From an uncultured Alphaproteobacteria bacterium (GTDB lineage: Bacteria; Pseudomonadota; Alphaproteobacteria; RF32; CAG-239), in the NCBI GenBank assembly GCA_934270475.1, contig CAKQPS010000005.1, positions 65,945 through 129,944 on the forward strand: 64,000 nucleotides of DNA, given 5' to 3'. The stretch's first letter is position 1. Every line of letters starts with the position of its first letter. The position numbers and the translations under genes were made by a program. The notes below the pieces were generated by a model, which did not search any database, had not been told where the DNA came from, and saw only the letters and a list, made by a program, of their open reading frames with translations. Shown piece by piece: positions 57,210 to 64,000 of the stretch.

Positions 57210-59054
57210 TTACTTTTCATATCTTCTTTTAGCATATTCTTTTTGAATCAACGCCCGCAGCAAACCGCCTTTATCGTCAGGAATCTGTCTGAATTTCTGC
57301 AATTTAGCACGCATTTTTTCTTGCACTTCCGGTGACTGTTTATCATTCACCCCAATAGCTTGCTGCTGTTGCTCTTCGCCTTTTTTATCTTCCCCTGCTT
57401 GTTGCTGAACATCAGCCTCGTTTTCTTTATCAGATTTTTTATCCAGCTTATTGCTGTTGCTTTCCGACTGCCGAGTTTCATTGTTTTTTTGTTCATTTTC
57501 TGTTTGCTGAGTCTTGTCCTGTTTTTCAGAGCCTTGCTGACTGTCAGCCTGCTGCTGGTCGTTGCCGTCAGCCTTTGCTTGCTGTCCGCTTTGCTGTTTT
57601 TGCTGTTCGCCGTTTTCTTGTTGATTTTGTTTATTTTGCTCCTGCTTTTCATCTGCTTGCTGCTGACTAGCACCATTTTGCGCAGACTGTTGTTGCTTTT
57701 GCTGTTCCTTATTCTGCTGCTTTTGATTCTGCTTGTCTTGTTTTTGCTGTTGATTTTGCTGCTGCTTTTGTTTTTTCAAATATTCCAAATTAAACTTTGC
57801 ATCGGGAAAATCTGCTTGTTTTTGCAAAGCCTCTTCATATTTTTTTATAGCTTCGTCGATTTTTCCGCCTTTAGCTAAAGCGTTGCCTTGATTATACAGT
57901 GAAACTGCATCATCATTTTGCGCATATTTTTCATACGCTTCTTGATAGTCTCCGTTTTTATACTCGGCTGCGGCTTTCCACTGCAAATCCGTAAATTTTT
58001 CTGCCGCCGCTGCATAATTTTGCTTGTCAAATTCCCGCATTGCCTCTTGATTGTCATTCAAAAACCAACCGGCATACGCATTTGTTCCAAACAGCAGACA
58101 AAGCAGCAACACTGCCGCGCCCTTGCGGAAACACCCCAGCAAAAACAGCGCCGGAATCCACAGCAAATACCAGCCCATATCTTCCCAAACCGTTTGCATA
58201 TTTTTACTTTGTTTAATTTCTTTTGCCGTTATGTCGTTGATTTTTTTAATCAGCGGAGCATAACTCTGATTATAGTTCAAAAACACTCCCTGCCCTTTTT
58301 CGGCAACCATTTCCAGTTTTTCCACCGCTTTAGCGCTGACATTGATTATATTCACCTCAAATCCGTGTTCTGCCGCCTTAGCCGCCGCCGTCAGCGCCGC
58401 ATCAAAGCGTTCTTCCACATTTGAAGTAATCACAATCAAATTGCCGCTCGGCACTCCGCTCTCCTGCATACGAGAAACCGCAAAATCAATAGCCCTGTCC
58501 AAACGGTCGCCGTCTTCCGGCATAATATTCATCTGCAGCGCCGGCAGCATATTGTCAATAATTGAAACATCTTCCACCAGCGGAGTAACCATAAACGGCT
58601 CTTTGCTATACACAATCAATCCGCTTTCCGTATTGTTCAAAGCCTTGGTTAAATCTTTAATAACATATTTAGCACGTTCAATCCGGCTGGGCGAAACATC
58701 TTTATTCCACATTTCTCCCGACATATTCAGCAGAATCATCACCGGATTTTCCACGCTCAGCGCCGGCTGTTCTTTTTTTATCCAAGTCGGACCGGCTAAT
58801 GCCAGCACCAAAAACAAAGAAATCAGCGCCAAAAGAAAAGAACTAAATTTTGTCTTTTTGAGTTTTTCGTTTTTCACCAGCAAAAAATCCAGCAAATTTT
58901 CATCGCATACTTTCCGCCATGCCGATTGCACCGCTGTTTGGCGATAAGCCATAACATAAATCAGCAGCGGAAGAAACAGCCCGATAAGCCACCATGGGCG
59001 TAAAAAATGGAAATCCTGCAACCAAGCCATTTTATTTAACCTTTCTTGAAACAA
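57210..59054 (-). CDS. fused BatB (TM + VWA domain) / BatC (TPR) protein with ~150-aa Q/K/E-rich low-complexity region
   Basis: VWA core (PVMILLNMSGEM...) after 2 TM segments; TPR-like KYAQNDDAVSLYNQGNALAKGGKIDEAIKKYEEAL; poly-Q/K segment encoded at ~57340-57800. Confidence 0.6.
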   Translation of the reverse strand: MFQERLNKMAWLQDFHFLRPWWLIGLFLPLLIYVMAYRQTAVQSAWRKVCDENLLDFLLVKNEKLKKTKFSSFLLALISLFLVLALAGPTWIKKEQPALSVENPVMILLNMSGEMWNKDVSPSRIERAKYVIKDLTKALNNTESGLIVYSKEPFMVTPLVEDVSIIDNMLPALQMNIMPEDGDRLDRAIDFAVSRMQESGVPSGNLIVITSNVEERFDAALTAAAKAAEHGFEVNIINVSAKAVEKLEMVAEKGQGVFLNYNQSYAPLIKKINDITAKEIKQSKNMQTVWEDMGWYLLWIPALFLLGCFRKGAAVLLLCLLFGTNAYAGWFLNDNQEAMREFDKQNYAAAAEKFTDLQWKAAAEYKNGDYQEAYEKYAQNDDAVSLYNQGNALAKGGKIDEAIKKYEEALQKQADFPDAKFNLEYLKKQKQQQNQQQKQDKQNQKQQNKEQQKQQQSAQNGASQQQADEKQEQNKQNQQENGEQQKQQSGQQAKADGNDQQQADSQQGSEKQDKTQQTENEQKNNETRQSESNSNKLDKKSDKENEADVQQQAGEDKKGEEQQQQAIGVNDKQSPEVQEKMRAKLQKFRQIPDDKGGLLRALIQKEYAKRRYEK

Positions 59055-60066
59055 TCAGCCACAGCACAAACAAAAGCAACGCCGCTGCCGCCGGAACCGG
59101 ATATAATTCCTTAACTTCCTGCACATAACGTCCATCGACAGCCCGCGGCTCAAGCTTGTCAATTCTATCATAAATTTGCACCAAAGAATTAACATCTTTA
59201 GCTCTGAAATAATTGCCTTGCGTTTCTTTTGCCAGCGCCTTCAAGCTTTTTTCATCCAGGCCTTTATCCACAGGTATACTGAACAGCCCGCCGAAAAATA
59301 CTTCATTATCGCTGCCGGCGCCGATGGTATAAATTTTAACGCCTTCTTCTTTTGCCAAAGCTATAGCCTGCGGCAGAGACAAACTGCCGTCATTATTTTC
59401 ACCGTCCGTCAGCAAAATAATTACCTTATTTTCAGGCTTTCCGGCGGATTCTGCCAAATTTTTCAGCGCCACGCCGACGGCATCGCCGATAGATGTTGAA
59501 TTTCCAGCCATACCTGCATCGGCTGTCTGCAGCATTTCTTTTACCGATTGTTTGTCATAGGTCAACGGCGCTTGTAAATATGCTCTAGTACCAAACAAAA
59601 CCAAACCGATTCTATCGGCTGTCCTTCTGTCTATAAAATCCGACACCACGCTTTTTACCGCTGTCAAACGGCTGTACATTTTCTTTTGATATTCAAAATC
59701 TTCTTCGCTCATAGAATTTGAAATATCCACCACCAGCAAAATATCCCGTCCTTCGTTTTTAACCGGTATCGGTTTTCCGGCCCATTGCGGACGGCACAAA
59801 GCAAAAACGAGCAAACACCACGCCGCCAGCAATAAGACTCCGCGGATTCCGGCGGCAATTTTCGGACTGATAAGCGCATTGTTTCCGCTTTGCGTCTGAA
59901 TCTGCTTAATATCTGCTAAAAATGGAATTTTCAAAGCTTCGCCGTATGTTCTTTTTAATGCCGGCAGCAAAAAATAAACCGCCAAAGGCAGCAACAGCAG
60001 CCACGCCGCCTCAGGACATGCCAAATGATTTATTGTCATAGATTTGCTCCTATCCACCCAAGGCAA
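59032..60066 (-). CDS. batA: VWA domain-containing protein BatA-like
   Basis: 2 N-terminal TM segments then VWA MIDAS DISNSMS...; an alternative ATG at 60039 forms an ATGA overlap with the upstream gene's stop. Confidence 0.7.
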   Translation of the reverse strand: MPWVDRSKSMTINHLACPEAAWLLLLPLAVYFLLPALKRTYGEALKIPFLADIKQIQTQSGNNALISPKIAAGIRGVLLLAAWCLLVFALCRPQWAGKPIPVKNEGRDILLVVDISNSMSEEDFEYQKKMYSRLTAVKSVVSDFIDRRTADRIGLVLFGTRAYLQAPLTYDKQSVKEMLQTADAGMAGNSTSIGDAVGVALKNLAESAGKPENKVIILLTDGENNDGSLSLPQAIALAKEEGVKIYTIGAGSDNEVFFGGLFSIPVDKGLDEKSLKALAKETQGNYFRAKDVNSLVQIYDRIDKLEPRAVDGRYVQEVKELYPVPAAAALLLFVLWLIVSRKVK

Positions 60067-60494
60067 AACTTTCGCAATTCTGCCACATTATCAGCCGCAA
60101 ACAAGGCGCTGTCCGCCGGAGCATACGGAGCGTCAATCAGCAAATCAGCCGTTTCCGAACTCAATTTATTTTTGGAGTGCTCATTCAAAAAATTAACCCA
60201 ATTCTGTCCGGCATACGCCACTGCTTCAGGATAGCGGCTCACACAGATTCGCCGCAGCAGTTCCGACATAAAAACCGCAGCTTTTGCCGTATTTTCCGCC
60301 CCGTTTTTTTGCAGCAGATAGCGGGCGTAAATTTTTTTGCTGTTTTTTCTGAGCCACAGCACAATTTTAACTAAAGCAAAAATCAGCAGAACTGCCGCCA
60401 ATACAGCCCACCAGCCATACGCCAACGGCAAAAAAGAAACTCCGTTTTCGGGCAAATGTATATCTTTCAATTCGGGTAAATTATCCATCTCCAA
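60036..60494 (-). CDS. DUF4381 family membrane protein
   Basis: LPLAYGWWAVLAAVLLIFAL...RKNSKKIYARYLLQKN matches the DUF4381 pattern usually found upstream of batA. Confidence 0.55.
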   Translation of the reverse strand: MEMDNLPELKDIHLPENGVSFLPLAYGWWAVLAAVLLIFALVKIVLWLRKNSKKIYARYLLQKNGAENTAKAAVFMSELLRRICVSRYPEAVAYAGQNWVNFLNEHSKNKLSSETADLLIDAPYAPADSALFAADNVAELRKFCLGWIGANL

Positions 60495-60576
60495 ACCTCT
60501 CCCTTATGCTATGTAAATTTAAGTTTTATCGCTGCAAATATCAAGTGTCAGATAAAGATTTGCCACAGCTAAGGTT

Positions 60577-62502
60577 TTATTTTCTTTTCGGTTTGCGTGA
60601 AATCTGCCGCACCAGCTGTAAAGATTTTGCCGCAGCCTCTTGTTCAGCCTGTGTTTTTCTAAGCGGACGAGCCGTCGGATATACCGGCTTTTGCTTGCTA
60701 TTTACGGTTGTACTTTTTTCTTCTTCCGCCGCTTTATTTATTGTTTTTCCGGCAAAAATATCTTCTTTTTGTGGAATTGAAACACCTTTTTTATTAGAGA
60801 TAACCTCAACAGGTTTCACATCAGCGCTGCTGCTTACAGCCTTTTTTTCCGATTTATTTTTTTCATTTTCTACTGCCTTTGGCTGTGCTGTTTCTGCTTT
60901 TGTTTTATCATCTTTGTTTTCAACTGCGTTATTTTTTTGCATTTTCTGCAATTCCGCATTTTTTTCTGCAGCTTTGGTTTTAGCCTCTAAAGCTTCTTTT
61001 TTCTTTTCGGTGGCAGCCAGCTCCGTCGCTTTGATATTGTCAACTTTTTTCACGATTCGCTTAAACTCTGCCAGCTGTGTTCCGGTCAAATCATTGCCGG
61101 TTGCCACTTTAGCTTTAAGCGGGTCGATTCGCTGCCCTTTGCGCAAAATTTCAAAGTGCAGGTGTGGTCCGGTCGAACGCCCCGTACTGCCGACATAACC
61201 AATAATTTGACCTTTTTTCACTCTAACCCCTGGTTTCATACCATTAGCAAACTTCTGCATGTGTCCGTATGCGGTTTCATATTCCGAGTTATGGCGGATT
61301 TTGATAAAGTTGCCGTAACCATTCACATAGCGCGCCATTTCAACTGTTCCGGCGCCGCTGGCATAAATAGCGGTTCCGCGCGGAGCGGCATAGTCCACGC
61401 CGCTGTGGAATTTTGTGGTTTTATAAATCGGGTGGCGGCGATAACCGAACAAAGAAGAAATGCGGGCGTTGCGCATAGCCATCGGCTTTTTATCCAAACC
61501 AGTCTTTTTAGCTCCGCCTTTTTCATCATAATAATCCGCCGAACCGCCGCGCGGCTTATAGCGATAAAGCTTATAAGTTTTGCCGCTGACCGTAAATGAG
61601 GCAAAAATTATGTCTCCAACGCTGACCACATCGCCGTTTGCGGTTTTATTAACTTCATATTTAACATTAAAAGTATCGCCTTTTTTAACATCGCGTCTAA
61701 AGTCAATCAAATGTGCAAACATCTGCGTAACACGTCCGCAAAGTTTATACGGAACGCCGGATTTATTAAGCGAAGCGCTGACATTACCGGCAACTTTGCC
61801 TTTTATGTCTTTAACTTCATAAACAAATTCTTCCTGCTCCACGCGTGCTTCAAATTGGTCGTATTCGTTAATTTGCAAAATATAGCGGGTGCCGCGCACT
61901 GGTTCAATTACCAATGTATCAAGCGCTTCCAAAGATTTTGATTGCACATCGAAAGTTGCGGTCAGCTCAATATGCTGACCGGCTTTTAAATTACGCGCGT
62001 CATAAACTTTTTTCAATGTGGCATAAGCTTCGTTAGCGCTTTTATTTTCCATTCCCAAATTAGTCAGAATACCAATAAAGTTATCCCCTGGATTCACCAC
62101 AATCACGCGGCGTTCTTTTTGATAAATTCCGTCAAAGCTTCCGGCTTGTTCAAACATTTTTGGTTTTGGCTGAATTGGCATAACCACGCTTTTTTTGCCG
62201 TTTTGGCTAATTCTATATTTTTTCACCAGCACGGCATCGTCGCTTAGTAATTTTATATTATTCACTTGGGCATACAAAACATCAAACGGATTGTCTTTAG
62301 CATCATTAAATGCCGGAGTCATCACATCATTGCTAAAATCATATGTATCGTCAACTTCTTGCTGTTTAGCAACCGGCTCGCTGCTTTTGTTCAGCATAGA
62401 AACAAACAAAGCGCAGGTCACAGCCACGGCATATCCTGCAAGCAGAATAGTTTCAATCCGGCGGCGGTACACTTTTTTTCTTAAATTTGTAAATTTTGGC
62501 AT
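60577..62502 (-). CDS. M23 family peptidase with OapA-like N-terminal region and K/A/E-rich C-terminal tail
   Basis: N-terminal TM; M23 core GVDYAAPRGTAIYASGAGTV...GNFIKIRHNSEYETAYGHM...GSTGRSTGPHLHFEI. Confidence 0.75.
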   Translation of the reverse strand: MPKFTNLRKKVYRRRIETILLAGYAVAVTCALFVSMLNKSSEPVAKQQEVDDTYDFSNDVMTPAFNDAKDNPFDVLYAQVNNIKLLSDDAVLVKKYRISQNGKKSVVMPIQPKPKMFEQAGSFDGIYQKERRVIVVNPGDNFIGILTNLGMENKSANEAYATLKKVYDARNLKAGQHIELTATFDVQSKSLEALDTLVIEPVRGTRYILQINEYDQFEARVEQEEFVYEVKDIKGKVAGNVSASLNKSGVPYKLCGRVTQMFAHLIDFRRDVKKGDTFNVKYEVNKTANGDVVSVGDIIFASFTVSGKTYKLYRYKPRGGSADYYDEKGGAKKTGLDKKPMAMRNARISSLFGYRRHPIYKTTKFHSGVDYAAPRGTAIYASGAGTVEMARYVNGYGNFIKIRHNSEYETAYGHMQKFANGMKPGVRVKKGQIIGYVGSTGRSTGPHLHFEILRKGQRIDPLKAKVATGNDLTGTQLAEFKRIVKKVDNIKATELAATEKKKEALEAKTKAAEKNAELQKMQKNNAVENKDDKTKAETAQPKAVENEKNKSEKKAVSSSADVKPVEVISNKKGVSIPQKEDIFAGKTINKAAEEEKSTTVNSKQKPVYPTARPLRKTQAEQEAAAKSLQLVRQISRKPKRK

Positions 62503-62638
62503 ATCCGTTCCAATTCAACAATGCTGAAATGATGATATATTTTAGCCATCAATGCAAGTAGATAAATGGAGTTATACCAACAAAAACTGCTATTTTTCCA
62601 CAAGATATATTTTTTTTTCAAAAAAGTAAAAAAAGTTC

Positions 62639-62667
62639 TTGCAATCTAAAAATTTATCCTATATAAA
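62639..62667 (+). promoter_or_regulatory. promoter TTGCAA-17-TATAAA for tRNA-Asp
   Basis: TTGCAA at 62639-62644 and TATAAA at 62662-62667, ~13 nt upstream of the tRNA 5' end. Confidence 0.45.
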
Positions 62668-62680
62668 AGCTCTTGTCGTT

Positions 62681-62757
62681 GGGGGCGTAGTTCAGTTGGT
62701 TAGAATGCATGCCTGTCACGCATGAGGTCGCGAGTTCGAGCCTCGTCGCTCCCGCCA
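62681..62757 (+). tRNA. tRNA-Asp (anticodon GUC)
   Basis: GGGGGCGTAGTTCAGTTGGTTAGAATGCATGCCTGTCACGCATGAGGTCGCGAGTTCGAGCCTCGTCGCTCCCGCCA; anticodon loop CTGTCAC; near-identical architecture to E. coli tRNA-Asp; encoded CCA. Confidence 0.9.
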
Positions 62758-62760
62758 ATA

Positions 62761-62794
62761 AGAAACCTTGTTGAAAAACAAGGTTTCTTTTTTG
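62761..62794 (+). terminator. intrinsic terminator of tRNA-Asp
   Basis: GAAACCTTG-TTGAAAAA-CAAGGTTTC + TTTTTT. Confidence 0.7.
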
Positions 62795-62969
62795 TATGTT
62801 TGTTGGCTCGAACGAGCGACCTCGGTTTAACTCATATTTCATCTTCTAACACTTTCCCCTTCCAATAAAAACTAAAAATTTGTGTACTATGCTAAAAATG
62901 CTTGTGTTTACGGCTGATATTTTTTAAAATTACCGCCAGTTAATAACTTATATATAAAGGAGAAAAAAT

Positions 62970-63287
62970 ATGAAAAAATTGTTGGTTTTAGCTGTTGCCG
63001 CTGTTTTAGCCGCTGGTGCTGCCGAAGCAAAAATTGATTTGGTTTCTGCCGCTCAACAAGCACAAAATAAAATTGACGGCGTTACTCAAGCAAATGAAAA
63101 CGCAAAAGCTAACTTAGAAGCCAAGAAAAAAGAATTAGAAGCAAAGCAAGCTGCTAAAAAGAAAGAATTAGAAGAAAAACAGGCTACGCAAAAAGCTGAA
63201 CGTGAAGCTAAAGCCGCTGAACAGAAAAAAGCTTTGGAAGACACTAAAAATTCTTTAAACAACCTGAAAAATTCTTTCACAAAATAA
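62970..63287 (+). CDS. secreted K/A/E-rich coiled-coil protein (105 aa)
   Basis: Signal peptide MKKLLVLAVAAVLAAGAAEA; repetitive KKELEAKQAAKKKELEEKQ. Confidence 0.5.
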   Translation: MKKLLVLAVAAVLAAGAAEAKIDLVSAAQQAQNKIDGVTQANENAKANLEAKKKELEAKQAAKKKELEEKQATQKAEREAKAAEQKKALEDTKNSLNNLKNSFTK

Positions 63288-63300
63288 TTCAGGTGCCCAT

Positions 63301-63348
63301 AAAAAAATCTCCGGCTTACACAATTTGTAAGGCGGAGATTTTTTTGTT
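63301..63348. terminator. bidirectional intrinsic terminator
   Basis: A7-TCTCCGGC...GCGGAGA-T7 hairpin between convergent ORFs. Confidence 0.55.
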
Positions 63349-63352
63349 GCAT

Positions 63353-63634
63353 TTACTCATTCACAAAACGAATTTCCCATTTGTAATCGGCTTTTTTCCG
63401 CGGGATAAAATAATATCCGGCAAGTTTGTTGTCTTTAAAAGCAATACGCCACGCTCCGGGAATCGTGTTGATAATCTCAAGGACAGGTTCTTTGCCGACA
63501 AGCCATGTAGATTTGCTGCTGTACTGTCCGTTAAAAGTCAAAGAACTAGTGTTGTACCGAACTCTTTGCCCCTTCTTTAGCTGCACCTCAATCACTTTGT
63601 TTTCGGTCAGCTGATCAAGTCTGAATTTCTGCAT
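63353..63634 (-). CDS. hypothetical protein (93 aa)
   Basis: ORF only; no motif. Confidence 0.35.
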   Translation of the reverse strand: MQKFRLDQLTENKVIEVQLKKGQRVRYNTSSLTFNGQYSSKSTWLVGKEPVLEIINTIPGAWRIAFKDNKLAGYYFIPRKKADYKWEIRFVNE

Positions 63635-63718
63635 AATTATTGTATTAAAAATTAAATATCACTGCCTGATATAGCTTGATATTTTTCAAATGTAAAGCAT
63701 AATCCGCCGGAAATGCAG

Positions 63719-63994
63719 CTAATTATTTTTTGCCTGCGTTTTTTCTGAACCATGGACGACGTTTTTGGCTTTATTCCAAGTTTTAGCAGAAACTTCTTTG
63801 GTTTTATGCCAAGCTTCGGCAGATGTTTCTTTTGTTTTGTCCCAAATTTCTTCGGATTCTTCCGAAACCTTATGAGCTGCTTTTTTAGAGTCTTCTTTAG
63901 TCTTATCCCATAATTTTTCCGATTCTTCCGCTATATTGTCTTTAGCGATATTTAAATTTTCTTTAGTTCTGTTCCAAGTGTGACTGGTAGACAT
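63719..63994 (-). CDS. hypothetical repeat protein with W-x-KTKE repeats
   Basis: TWNRTKE / LWDKTKE / IWDKTKE / AWHKTKE / TWNKAKN repeated every ~14-20 aa. Confidence 0.4.
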   Translation of the reverse strand: MSTSHTWNRTKENLNIAKDNIAEESEKLWDKTKEDSKKAAHKVSEESEEIWDKTKETSAEAWHKTKEVSAKTWNKAKNVVHGSEKTQAKNN

Positions 63995-64000
63995 ATCATT

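Noticed and set aside
57360-57878. 172-aa Leu-rich plus-strand ORF, and similar antisense ORFs at 2642-3075, 8302-8808, 60506-61198 and 48743-49222
   Set aside because: These are reverse complements of Q/K-rich or otherwise well-supported coding regions on the other strand. They are low-complexity with no SD, so they are spurious.
62804-62825. Inverted tRNA T-arm-like sequence (GGCTCGAACGAGCGACCTCGG) downstream of tRNA-Asp, considered as an integration scar or att remnant
   Set aside because: It reduces to a small self-complementary GCTCG-TT-CGAGC hairpin. Similarity to the tRNA is confined to the universal T-loop-like bases, and no acceptor-stem match or flanking integrase is present.
62654-62842. 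62-aa minus-strand ORF
   Set aside because: Lies antisense across tRNA-Asp and its terminator; spurious.

Overview
A 64 kb bacterial chromosomal segment at roughly 40-45% GC that reads mostly as ordinary housekeeping sequence. Gene content is typical of a diderm (Gram-negative-type) organism: MacAB-like efflux, MlaEF, MsbA-like exporter, a Tat component, an A2M–PbpC pair and a partial Bat (aerotolerance) operon. I cannot assign a taxon from the sequence alone.

Recognisable genes, in order of position: xseB–ispA; a flavin-reductase-like protein with a long basic tail; an N-formylglutamate-amidohydrolase-family protein; smpB; a bactofilin; two M23 peptidases; macA/macB/ftsX-like; a nitroreductase with a signal peptide; a HAD hydrolase; a GT39-like membrane glycosyltransferase; a bacterial alpha-2-macroglobulin (CTEQ thioester) overlapping pbpC; glgB–glgX–malQ; a DUF2934 protein; aas; psd; a tatA-like gene; nagZ; a SPOR protein; xthA; an S41 peptidase; rpmG; an XerC/D recombinase; an SH3b protein; an M20 peptidase; an msbA-like gene; cvpA; radA; mlaF–mlaE; an HprK C-domain protein; tsaE; a membrane SNase-like protein; batD, a batB/C fusion, batA and a DUF4381 gene; tRNA-Thr(UGU); and tRNA-Asp(GUC).

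The most unusual content is three paralogous genes at 4.1 kb, 26.2 kb and 46.3–47.0 kb. Each encodes a secreted Cys-rich protein with a conserved type-IV-prepilin-like N-terminus (G|RSMIEMLGVLAII.VLSVGGIAGYSKAM). Two of them carry unusually long (about 60–68 aa) conserved leader extensions. Each copy has a different and peculiar upstream architecture:
- copy 1: a 16-codon uORF coupled through an ATGA overlap;
- copy 2: a roughly 200-nt structured leader ending in a terminator hairpin immediately before the RBS;
- copy 3: an A8/T7 palindrome immediately before the RBS.

The intergenic DNA 3' of copy 2 holds a remnant of a pilin-leader segment, followed by a tandem 87-bp repeat built around a GTGTAC-N6-GTACAC palindrome. 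A third copy of that element sits 22 kb away, exactly where a xenobiotic (hexapeptide) acetyltransferase gene is 5'-truncated.

An AT-rich block at 11.4–14.3 kb holds four ORFs with no recognisable domains. All product calls are motif- and composition-based inference from reading the sequence; no database search was run.
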